This document shows, one piece after another, positions 1-11,306 of a DNA stretch of 64,000 nt. This DNA is from Eremomyces bilateralis CBS 781.70 (taxonomy: Eukaryota). Made by a program: the position numbers and the translations under genes. Location: the NCBI GenBank assembly GCA_010015585.1, contig ML975154.1; one strand, written 5' to 3'. Position 1 is the first letter of the stretch, and the number at the start of each line of letters is the position of its first letter. The notes under the pieces were generated by a model. That model searched no databases, was not told the DNA's origin, and worked only from the letters and a program-made list of their open reading frames with translations.

Positions 1-561
1 CATTTTGATGGAGATAATGAAGTTTGAAGATGGGAGGATTGATGGTGGAATTCGTGCAAGGAGTGGTGCCGTGCACGTTGTGGGGAAAACCCATAATACT
101 AAATGGCCAGGGGGGTACACGTTGCATTGCTAGAATTTCATTATTGCTAAAGCTGGAGAAAGGACAAGGAATATACAGGCTGTCGAGATGGGAGCAGTAC
201 GCCGCTGCCTAGAGGAGGGGACGAAGTTGCCTACACTTCGGTTTTCTGCCTTTTAAACCACCTGCTCGCTTTCAACTACGTTTTCATTCATCTTTCGCAA
301 AAAATTTGGTGGCTAACACTTGGCCTAAGTACCTATGAACAGAGCGGTGGCCTGACCAGAAATGCGATCGGTGCCAGCAGAAAGGATTTCCTTGCTCAGA
401 GCATGAAATAAGCAGGCAATCCCCAAAGTTACAGTTCCTCACCGGGCGATCAACAGGATCGAGGGAAGCGGATCTCACCTTTAAGAACTGTTTCGAGGCA
501 CCGACACCATTGTCCTAATCCCCGATCTTATCTAGTGCCACGACATCATCGGCCAGTACGG

Positions 562-1602
562 ATGCATCGTGACATGGAGGAAATCAACCAGGCACCGCCG
601 AGGAAAGTAATTGGCGTTGCTGTAAGTTTCCTTTCGTGCAGCCGCTCTGTCTATAGCCCAAGTACGAGAACCGCTACATCTATATCAATAAGGAAAGATA
701 CGACTGAGTTAACCAATGACGATTAAAGTGCACACGATGCAGAAAACGAAAAATTAAATGCAGTGGCGATCCTGGTAATAGTACTGGGTGTCATAATTGC
801 AGGCGAGCTGGCGTGGAACCTCGTGTTTGCCAGTTTATCAGAGTTAGTGCCTTCCCCTACCTATTGCTGCTTTATAGGGAACTTACACCCCTAGGTTGGG
901 CCAGTAAGTTTTCTACCACTGGTTAATGCGCAGCACTACGCAAGTCCAGTAAATGGATACTCGACTAACCCGACATCTGCGGATGGTTCTGAGACTGCGG
1001 TGTCTTCCAGATCACTACCAGTTTCCTCCTATAACGTCCCGAGAACTGGATCAACCTACCATCCTTGGATAGCGGCAACATACCCCAATAACTCAGGCTT
1101 GGAGACTTACACTTTGATGCCGCACTACTCATCTCACGGGTCGACCAACGAAGGGGTCCAGTGGACTGGCGGCCATTACCTGATCTCGTCTACTCGCCAA
1201 CTGCCGATCCCTACTGGCCTTCCCCAAAATGCGTCTGCTGTAAGCGTCGCACCCATACGCAGCAACATTGTGGGAGTGCACTCTGTTAGAGAAACAATGG
1301 ACGGTGCGGCTCATTACACGCAACAAGCAATGTGCTGGCAGTCACAAAATGGATCTGATGCTGGTCTTCACGGGACGAATACTGGGACATCCATGCCTAG
1401 CTCTGAGTATCGAAATGAGTCCATCAACAATGTCTACACGACCGCAGCCAGCGCGCCAAGCGTTGAAAGTCTCACGTCTTCTGGCCTCACTGCGGAAAGA
1501 CAAGATTTCAGAAAGCCCTCCTTACCGGACGAACTCGACAGTCACAAATCTCATAATACAATTGGTCCGCTGGGTTACATCACTAGCTCCTTTGCCAACT
1601 AG
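562..1602 (+). CDS. Zn(II)2Cys6 fungal transcription factor (2 introns, ~622-728 and ~843-894); start uncertain
   Basis: Spliced reading gives RKVIGVA|CTRCRKRKIKCSGDPGNSTGCHNCRRAGVEPRVCQFIR|VGPV..., a six-Cys binuclear cluster. The last exon is in frame with ORF 1000..1602. Confidence 0.8.
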
Positions 1603-1993
1603 TCTATCTCTACCGATGCTGGTACAACCCGTAGTAAGACCCGGATATGTGGTTTCTCGGCAGTCTGTCAGCAGTGCGTACATTCCCAGAGACACTCCTA
1701 TAACGCTTCCAAGTACAACGAATACCCTCCCACGGCCAATCTGTTCCACACCCACTGTGACCGAATCATCATCGGTCATCCTTCGTTGAGCTGACTCATC
1801 TTGAATATTTACTCGTTTCCAGCCGAGGTTGCCAAACGGCCCTCTGTTATGATCTCACCAATGGGCATGGGGGGCGCCTGCGCATTGGACTAAGTCCCTT
1901 GTCGCACCAGAGTGGTGAATTAGTGACGTGACTTAGATCACTGTAGTCACCAAGTTCACGATGGTCACCTTTCTGGTGATCACGATGATCGAA

Positions 1994-2062
1994 GTGAACA
2001 CAGTGAACACAGTGAACACAGTGAACACAGTGAACACAGTGAACACAGTGAACACAGTGAAC
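1994..2062. repeat. 9-bp tandem repeat (GTGAACACA), about 7.5 copies
   Basis: Directly visible; it produces the CVH/TVF repeat ORFs in the track. Confidence 0.95.
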
Positions 2063-2291
2063 GCAGGGATGGAACTCATGTATATAATCAGGCAAGGTCT
2101 TCGTTCTTTAGACCTTGCGTTCAACTCATTATAGCTTTCTTAGCCATACGTTGTGAATTGATATCTTCGTTACAACCCTCTGCGCTTGCACCTTGAGCCT
2201 TGACACTCCTCTCCAAGAGATTTAAACCCTGACTGACACGGTCTGGATGCGCAAGGTCTGCGATTACCAAGTTCCATTAATCTAAACTGAA

Positions 2292-2309
2292 GAGAGAGAG
2301 AGAGAGAGA
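2292..2309. repeat. (GA)n microsatellite
   Basis: gagagagagagagagaga run. Confidence 0.9.
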
Positions 2310-3286
2310 AGAAATCTCCCGGCACCTTTGTGCGCGAGATAGCGACTCTCCTCTCCAATGCCCTAATGCTGTGTTACCATGTTTGTTTGCTTCTCTGATA
2401 TAATCCACCAGCCACGTCTTCAGCCACAACCAAGGGAACAGGCCGCAGGCCTGGGACCATAACACTGACTGAATATTTCTACATGGTACATTCTAGTTGC
2501 CACCTAATGCTGTAACAAAAGCACCACTGGACAAGTTAAGATGACTGTAGAATAGATTGAGTGGTGAGACGGTTGGATCGCCAAGATCGCGAGAACCACT
2601 TTCATTTTTGCGAAGCTAAAGAAGGAGAACTGTCAACTATCTACCATGCGTGCATGATGTTCATGATGTTGACAGTTCATCTAGTCATGTAACTATCACT
2701 TCAGGGGGCAGGCCACAGGCCTGGAACTATATATAACAAGTAGCAGTGATTTGATCAGTGTCTGCATGGTCTGGCTGTGTTGCTGTGGCGTTGCGCCGTT
2801 GCCAAGGCAAACTGGGGTATGTATTTGACTGTTGCCAAGGAAAGGAGGGTCGACTGGACTCTTAAATACTAAGACATCGAAGCAAGTGATAAAATGCGCG
2901 GTTGGTCGTCAAGGCGGACCAAAGTGGTGCCAAGAGCCCAAGACAAGAAGGGTCGACCCAAGTCTTACTAAGATATACAATCACATGATACCAACCGTAC
3001 TCATTATAGTCAGTGCCTTGTAGCCTTAGGTTGACCCAACGCATCCGGGATATCCGGTGTCCCAGATCATTCCGACATTCCCTTGAAGACTGGGAGCTTG
3101 GGCCATGACGACATAGCAACACTGAGAGTCTGAGACTTCGGTCTGTTGTCATCACCACAATTAACGGGTCATCCGGCTTTAAATAACACCAACTCCTGAA
3201 ATTGGCCAGTCTGTTATCCGAATTGATTCATCCAACTTCAGTTTACAATCCCTTACATTCCAATTCTATTCGAATTCCCTTCCACA

Positions 3287-4264
3287 ATGTCTTCTAAGCT
3301 TCTCCGATCCACCCCGCTCCGAGCCGCGGTTCGCTCGACTCAGTCTCAATCTTCTAGAGCCGGTCTCGCCGGGACGACTTTTGTTCGGACCAAAGCGACC
3401 CTGCCAGATCTATCATGTCGGTAACCTCCTTACATCTGAACACCTATATATTGTAGTATAGTTGACAATTGGCTGACAATGTTCGACACCAGACGACTAT
3501 GGCGCGCTCGAACCGGCAATCTCAGGCAAGATCATGGAGTTGCACCACAGCAAGCATCATCAGACATACGTAAACTCCCTGAACGATGCATCTGAGAAGA
3601 TGGAAGCCGCCAAGTCTAGCAACGATGTTGCTAGTCAGATCGCCTTGCAGCCATTGATCAACTTCCACGGTGGTACGTGACACCCCTTATCGCGCGGCAC
3701 CCAGCGCCGAATGACATCAGATCACCCGAATCGTTGAAGGAGATACAATCGACTGACGTGGCTATCATCCAGGTGGACATCTGAACCACACCCTCTTCTG
3801 GGAGAACCTCACTCCCAAGAACCAGGGTGGCGGCGAGCCCCCGACCGGTGCCTTGTCCACGGCTATCAACGACAGCTATGGCAGCTTGGATGCTCTGAAG
3901 GAGAAGTTCAACACTGCGTTAGCAGGCATCCAGGGAAGCGGCTGGGCATGGTTGGTTCAAGACACCCAGACCGGAAGCGTTTCGATCAAAACATACGCGG
4001 TACGTTGCCATTATCCCATGTCTGCAGGTTGTAAAGTCACTAACAGTGGAGGGATAGAACCAAGACCCTGTCGTTGGACAGTTCCGTCCCATTCTTGGGA
4101 TTGACGCTTGGGAACATGCATACTAGTAAGCAACTGATCGACACTGGGTATGGCAACTAACGCTAACTTGTCACAGCCTCCAATACCAGAACCGAAAGGC
4201 GGAATATTTCAAGGCAGTATGGGATGTCGTCAACTGGAAGGCGGCTGAGAAGCGCTTCAAGTGA
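3287..4264 (+). CDS. SOD2: Mitochondrial Mn superoxide dismutase (multi-exon)
   Basis: Arg/Ser-rich presequence; [60 protein letters not shown] and [17 protein letters not shown] motifs across introns. Confidence 0.97.
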
Positions 4265-4764
4265 AGATGATCTTCGTTGCAGACGACTGGGAACGTGGTC
4301 GGTGATGTGTTGGCTCTAGAAGCCGTAGGGCCAACCTACAATTGTATTAGTAAGTAGATTATGGCACTCAAATCGACTCTGAGCGGTTTCTCGCGCGTAA
4401 ATTCGTCGCAAAAGTTTCGCTTTTGCCGTGCTCATTGCCTAATCCTTGATATCCATTGTATTCGAACATTGCAGTTTTGGTCGCCACCGTCCGCCATTCA
4501 ACGCAATCCACCCATTTTCATCCAGTTTAGATTTGTCTCAATCTCATCTTTCAGCCCATGCATATGCTTCGACCATACAATTGGCGCCTCTGCTATGATC
4601 TCGATAATGGGATCCCAGTTGAACCGCTTCTTTGGGTCATAAGGCGGCCTCCGGAGGCAAATCCCCCTCAGCCAATGAATGACGTGGCACCTGCAGCCAG
4701 CGCATCAACCACGCTGCCCTTTGACCATCATTCAAGATGGATGGTCTGATGAATTATATTTCCC

Positions 4765-6383
4765 ATGGGAAATTCTCCGTCTGTGCTTGATTCCCCAAGT
4801 TTTCTCAGTTCTCCAATCTCCATACAGGTGGAACATGACCAAGAATGTGCTGTGCTGTCCCTGTCCCGCAATAAGACCCTTGACCCTGCAAGGCGGAGGG
4901 ATTTCCGGTGCGTGTCTTTTTGCGCGGTGATGCGTTGTCATTCCCATTTCCCAGTCGCATGTCGTCAGGATTAATTTAAGGTAACAATCTAAGGTTCTCA
5001 GCGGCTCAAGAGACCCTTAACCTTTCTAATTGGTTGGAGATGAATTCACATGAGAGAGCTTCCATGTGTGGAGCCGCCATCGACGTCCAGAGGACTGAAC
5101 CCACTGGTACCCGTTGATACCTCGTTTTGCTTTCTCAGATGTCCATTGAAGGTGATACTCGAGTCTTCTGGTGTATAATTGCTGTCTTCTTTTCTTCGAC
5201 TAATTGACTTGTCACTTTGTGTTACGGATATACATTGAGCGACCATCAAATGACCATATTTGTACCACAGTCAGCTTTCAGTTTCGGTGAACTTAATCTG
5301 TGGACATCTTCTCCATCCAAGAACTATTCCATCGAGTCAAAAAACTCCATTTGCGTCATGATCCCCTGTTTTTCCGTAACCTTCCCTTGCCGCCTTTCAA
5401 ACGTGGCAGGTTATGGTTGAGAACTTCTCCGGGCCGGGTTCACTCCCGAGTCTTTCGGACACCACCGATAGGACCGGTCTACGGGTTCTTCCGGTTACAC
5501 TGTCCAGACGCGTCAACTGATATCATTTTACATGGAAAGGTATGTTTCGTATTCCGCGACGTGTCCCTTTGCCTATGGAACCAGTCACAGGATGATTGGT
5601 GAGCCATGCTCAGGCTCAAGAAGAGACCGTCGTAGCAGATATGTCTATATGCTTCATAGAAGGAGTAGGGAACCCTACTTTCCCGTCGTCTCATCCTGTA
5701 TAAAGCCGAGCAACACATAAGCAATCCAGAATACTTGCTCGCTGACTTCGCCCCGAATCTTGAAACCTCCTCTTTCTTCTCGAAATCTATCCCGAGATCC
5801 TTTCTACAGGCAATCCATGATCGTCCAGCTCAGACCTTAAATCCATAAACATCCCTACGTACCACAAGCCTGTCAGTCACCTGGAAAGGGAAGGTCGTTG
5901 TAGCGTCAGCTGTTCTCAGCGCCCTGTTTTCTCCCGGCGTGGCGCTTTGCTCCTCATCCTACTCTACATCATTATAACTTCAAAAAATATCAAATATCGG
6001 TCGACGCCAGTAAATATCCCGTTAAAATAAGAGTTGATACGCTGCTAACATCTAATGGTAGAAAACGACATATCATGTGCACGGGCGATAGCACTGGTTC
6101 CGGGTGCGAAATCCCGGCAAATGAGACCCCCTCCTCGGAATGCAGTGAGCATAGTCAACATACCAGCAGCGATTCCGAAGGCGAAAGCCCAGTAGATGGG
6201 GACCAGGACGCGGGAATCGAAGAGGAGACCCAAGAATATGGGGCACCACTCTCCCGTTACCTTGGTGAGGCTCCGGAAGATGAGCATTGGAACGATCGAG
6301 CGAGAATCGAGTCTCCGGATCATGAAGATAGTGCCAATGAGGAAACCGGAGAGAGTATCGAATTGCGGAGTGGTGAGGAGTAG
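4765..6383 (+). pseudogene. Possible degenerate or orphan multi-exon gene (fragments 4765-4907, 5300-5539, acidic 6075-6383)
   Basis: Protein-like ORF fragments with GTGCGT/GTATGT donors, but I could not build a consistent stop-free model. Confidence 0.2.
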
Positions 6384-6800
6384 ATGCTTTCGCGGAAGAA
6401 GGGCCTCCATTGATGATCCATAGACTGGTTATGTCCCTAAGACCGGAATCTTCGGGACCAGCTGAACCAATTTCATTCATAATTTTGCAATCAATTCTGG
6501 GCATATTCTGGGTCAAAATATTTAATATTCTTTTATGTCACTTACTACTAGAATTAAGTGATAGATACTATGGCATTCCTTATCTCTTCAAGCTTCAAAC
6601 ATATAGCATAACCTTGTGAGCGAATATTAGTCACTATAGTAGAATAAGGAATGCCAAAGAAAAAGGCACCGTGGACTCGACGATCGCTACTCTAAATGAA
6701 AGAATATTCATTCAGTCGGATGTCTTCATTTGTCCTCATACCCTGCCGTTCAAGTGGGCTGGATTGGAGTCTGCCGACCTGAATGGCTCATTGCTCTGAA

Positions 6801-7262
6801 TTAATCCTCCATAGACGCCTCGTTACTTGAAAAAGGAACGTGAGGTACATTACGCCCTTTTCCGGTTGCGTTCTGTTCTTCCACTACTGGTACACCAGTT
6901 TTCATATGCCTGAAAAGTGCATCATAATGCTGTGAGACGAGGTTCGTATGTACTCCTTCTTCCATCCCGGACAGCAAACTCTGACAGGCCAAACACCATT
7001 CCTCTCCTAGGGGATAAGATCTTGATCGACCATTTGTTGATGCGTACAGCTTGTACAGAGCGTCGTTAGCAAGTTTCTTGTCTTTGACTTCGTCTTCATC
7101 GTCGTCTCGCCTATACCCCCTTCCGTATCCATAATCATGTCGGCTAAAGTGGAACGCAGCTCTCCCCTCGGCGGTCGCTGTCTCCTCAACACTTGCTTCA
7201 TGTGTTCCGAAATCTTGGCTTCGTAATCGAACACAAATGAGCGTCCTAGGAATGAATAGTTC
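6801..7262 (-). CDS. Orphan terminal exon of a hypothetical protein (5' exons unresolved)
   Basis: About 150-codon stop-free frame (ELFIPRTLICVRL...DDDEDEVKDKKLANDALYKLY...EEWCLACQSLL...SMED*) extending ORF 6801..6992 upstream. Confidence 0.35.
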   Translation of the reverse strand, partial: ELFIPRTLICVRLRSQDFGTHEASVEETATAEGRAAFHFSRHDYGYGRGYRRDDDEDEVKDKKLANDALYKLYASTNGRSRSYPLGEEWCLACQSLLSGMEEGVHTNLVSQHYDALFRHMKTGVPVVEEQNATGKGRNVPHVPFSSNEASMED

Positions 7263-7635
7263 CTACACACCGTATTGATGGGATATCTTCTAATACCACA
7301 CTGGTTGGATCCTGCTTGAATGGCTACTCTACCCAGATACCACACCCCAAGGATGTGCTAGGGATCAGACAATACGCGACTGGCGTTTGTGCAACAACAT
7401 CGGCCGATCTCATCCTCATGATCCCATTCCTGTGTACTATGTACCGTAATTGTGGCTCAAATTGGGGTGGCCGTGATAGTCTTTATGACCTCGCCCATGA
7501 CGGTAACGGAAATGGTTGACGTTCAATGTCGCTGTATCCCTCCTCAGTACAGTACGTGCAACTAATATTTTCCTACTCGCATTTGTTGATCAAATTAATA
7601 GATACATTTGTGTGGACTGCCTCAACATTCACACG

Positions 7636-8638
7636 TCAGGTGTATGTACTGTTAGCCCCACTCTCGCGTTGCAACATGAGTGCTCTCTCTTCCCGTCGAT
7701 CCTGAAGTTCCATCAGGAATTTAATGTCTCCCCGCTCGTTGGGATAGTTGAGCATAAGACTACGACCTTGAGCTTTGTTGTCCGTGATTTTAACGTGAGA
7801 CTCCTTCCATTCATCCGGTCCAACCCGTGCATTGAGCATAATAGCTCCGCCGTCAGAGATATTCCTAGTAATGATGCGCTCCCAAACAGTACCGGACTGA
7901 TCGGCCAGGGAGTTTGCAGGAGCTTCTGACCCATCAGTAGATTGACTGTCTTCGCTTCCATCTAATAGGATGCCACTGTCGTCGCTATGCGTTGAGCCGC
8001 CGGATCCTCGTATCTCAATCAGACTTTGATATCATAATGCGGGAGGAGGACACTCACTTTTGGAGCGTGTTTGGCGTTGCCTGGGAACTCTCTGTCCTCC
8101 CGTGTTGCCAGTGTCGCTCACATGCATCACCTTATTGGTCGCACCAAGTCTCTTTTCAACTCTCCTCGTCTCTTCAATATTGATATGAGCAACACTGATA
8201 GCCGCGATGAGATCGATCTTCATCCGGTCTAGTTCACTCATGATCTCTTCCAACTTCTTTCGGTCTTTGGTACCATGTATTAACTGATCGACGAATCGGC
8301 GAATGGCCTTCTTATCACCTCGGTCCACCTTTTGTAGCCATTTCACCAGGCGCTCTTCAGGACCTTTCAGCCTGAGTAGAGTTGCGGTCACGCTTGCTGT
8401 CTGCAGAGCTTCTACCTTCTGGACATCCTCAATCCGCTCCTTGATGGCGAGAAGCTCTAGTTGATTTCTCTGCAAGAATTCTGCCTGGTCCTGTTGGCGG
8501 TCATAGGCTTGCTTGAAGCTCTTGAAGACTTCGATCGCTGCTTCAAGCAATTGGGTAGTGGCGGCCACGATTCCGAATGCTTCGGCCTAAAACATAGTCA
8601 AAGTCTGTCCGACTGCCCTCAATCAATGGACTTACCAT
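7636..8638 (-). CDS. HeLo-like/SesA-type N-terminal domain protein with C-terminal two-repeat HET-s-related amyloid motif (HRAM-like); ~300 aa; exons 8638-8636, 8586-8058, 8006-7636
   Basis: ATG|GTAAGT intron gives MAEAFGIVAATTQLLEAAIEVFKSFK..., the hydrophobic N-terminal helix typical of HeLo-like/SesA domains. ORFs 8032..8568 and 7636..7839 are in the same frame. The C-terminus has pseudo-repeats RIITRNISDGGAIMLNARVG and VKITDNKAQGRSLMLNYPNE. Confidence 0.75.
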
Positions 8639-9046
8639 GATTTCTCGGGCTATCTGTCGAATCTTCCAAACTTGGTGGCGCGCAATAATTAAGGATGGAG
8701 ACGTGTAGCAGCAACAGCAGTCGGACCGCAGCCAACACTTATTGTCAACGCTTCTCCTCCAACGCCCCATCTCCGAGCCCACTGGTTTCATTCTGAACCT
8801 CCATATTGTATCAAGCTGACCAATCGCGTGCAACGATGACGAGACGCGCCGTATGCAGAATGGGATTCGAGAGTGGGCTTCCTGAGAATTTGCTGGCAGA
8901 TGGCCATTGGATCGTCTACAATCTGGTCGCATTTCAACCCAGTCCTATTTGCAACCCGAACCAATGACATCGGTGACCCGGCTCTGAGTTCAAGGAACTG
9001 AACAACAAATAGATGCCGGGCATAATGAATCGCCGGAAATGGTAGT

Positions 9047-9977
9047 ATGAGGAGTTCCAAAGGTAAGGTATTTTTCCACACCAATTCCAGATGGCCTCAT
9101 CATGAGGCCAGTCATGAGACCCTCATGACTGGTTTCTCCGCTCCGGCATCGTTCACATCTCTGAAAAGGACAATATCAGAACCTCTCGATCGACGCGATT
9201 TCGCAGTGCGCGCCGCAATGGACTCACTGGATTCTCTGGATAATGATTTAAAGAAGATGGCAGGGCGCATGAAGTCGGAGACCAACAGAAATACAGCGAG
9301 CAGTGGCGCACTCCAGATCAATGCCCCGGTAGTTCGCAACCACCGTGAGGTTGGGTTCGAGACGAAGATTGAGACGACGACCAAGTAGGTAGTTATTCAT
9401 TTTCCCCTAGTTAGTCAATATCCTTGTAGAAGAGCCATGATAAGCACACTAACCCACGTGTAGCTATGTTACTATTCACGACCTTCATGTGCATTATTCT
9501 GCAAGTATACGTACCGAGTCTTCATTGAGGAGTGGGGCTACTGTACCTGCGGTAACCTCGGGCACCAGCTCTACCAACACGCGTGCATTTCCTATCGCGG
9601 TAAGCCTATTGCCCCCAGCTGGTTTTATTCTCTTGTTCTGCATTCTTCTAACACAACCACAGCCAGAACCCGTCCGCCCATCCACTCCCCTTGAGCCGTA
9701 TATAAAGATATTTTCTCGCACTGAAGGCGAGTGGAGCAAAGCATGCGCCAAGCTCAGTCCCGATCTTGACGGTAACTGGATGTCTAAAAGAATCGTGGGG
9801 CGCTTCGACCTCAAGCTTTGTCCAGACGAGACTACAAAGGAAGTAGAATATCAGGGACGCCTTTTGGTTTCGTGTGGTGTGGTTGAACTGTCCTGCTCTC
9901 CGGAATCCTGCCGCCATCGCTTCCATGTTTTTCGACATGCTCCATTCGATATCTTGCTTGGAAAAGAATTCGCATAG
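9047..9977 (+). CDS. Protein with a single HRAM-like motif and a C-terminal degenerate retropepsin (aspartic protease)-like domain; exons 9047(or 9257)-9384, 9464-9599, 9663-9977
   Basis: Two introns (GTAGGT..CACTAAC..TAG; GTAAGC..CTAAC..CAG) join ORFs 9047..9388 and 9489..9977 in frame. Motif NRNTASSGALQINAPV; C-terminal AKLSPDLDGNWMS...GVVELS...FHVF..APFDILLGKEF. Confidence 0.7.
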
Positions 9978-11306
9978 CACAATGAGGAGGATAATGATTG
10001 ACAACAGGGTGGCAGTATCCAAAAGGGGAGTTGGAGGCAAGAGCTTAGGTCAAACGAGTTCTAAGGTCCCGGCTCCGTGTATGTTCCACGGTACTGAGAA
10101 GTCGGTATTGTTAGCTGGTCGGATTAATAACTACCGGTAAGAGGTATTAATCGGGGCTTCTCTGGCGTGCTAACTGGTACTGTAAGTGAACGCGTGTGGA
10201 GTTTGGTTTTGGCCTTTCGGAGGGGCATCAGGCACGTTTCTCATGGGTTTCTTCAGGGTGTGGTACTGCTCCTAGCCGTCGATAATACCGCCACGCAGTG
10301 ACCACACTACTCCGTAAACTGTGTGCTACCGAATTTCCGTTTATAATTTAGCGCCATCTATCGGGTATAGCGCTGTTTTCCCCGTTTTCAACCCTGACGT
10401 CCTCCAAAACATCAATACTACTAATTATCCGTCCCTCTCTTCATTCCCTATTCCTTCGTCTGCTGAAAACATGTCCCCTAGCCTAGGATTGCACGGTGAC
10501 TCTTGTACAGGGGTCATCTACCAATGAAATCTGTCTTCTTTCTATCATACCTAATCGTAAGTCACATGCACTCCTCGAACAAATAGATTGAGGATTCTGT
10601 CCATCGTTTTCGGGCGTGTGCAGAGAGCTTTCATACCAAATAGGAGACCATCTTTAACTCTATTTTATCCAAAACCACCGAGTGCTCCGTCAATTAAATA
10701 CAACCATTCGATTCCTCTGCGTTTTCTCCATAATTGATTGAATTTTGGGCCATGTCGGCCCAAAACAAGCGTCGCCAAAGCGCGCGGTTGAACTCGCCCA
10801 CCTTGCCAGTTGCCACCCGCTCCAAGAACGATGGCTGGATGACGATTTCAGCGCGGTCTAGTTCACCACATATTAGCGTTTTCTACCAGACACAGGCATG
10901 GACATGTAAGAAAAAATTGATTACGAGATAGAACATACTTTAATACACTATTGATAGAATTTTGGAGTACACACGACGTGTTTTGATGTAGTTATTAATA
11001 GATCGTGATTTTGCCAAACCCGCAGAGATACAAAACACATACAAAATTTCCGTAGAGCAGTCAGTGTGCATGATGGACAGAATCCTCAGGCCTCCTCCTA
11101 TCAGAGGAGTAGTATAAGTAACGTGACTGTCCAAAAAAGGCTATTCCTCTGAGAGCTAGATGGCCTGACCGCCTGAGCTTGCTGAGGTAATAAACATGCA
11201 AAAGTCTGCAAAACATCGCCCATGGCTTATAAATAGTTCTTCCTCTTCAGCTTTATAATAAATGAAAGTGGTTCTCGCAGATCTTGCAGTCAGACCGTCT
11301 TAATAT

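Noticed and set aside
1847..2124. CVH-repeat metal-binding peptide, or a CRISPR-like array
   Set aside because: A simple 9-bp tandem repeat without spacers; no supported gene model.
9600..9662. Apparent transmembrane helix (VSLLPPAGFILLFCILL) in ORF 9489..9977
   Set aside because: It coincides with a 63-nt in-frame GTAAGC..CTAAC..CAG intron, so it is probably not translated.
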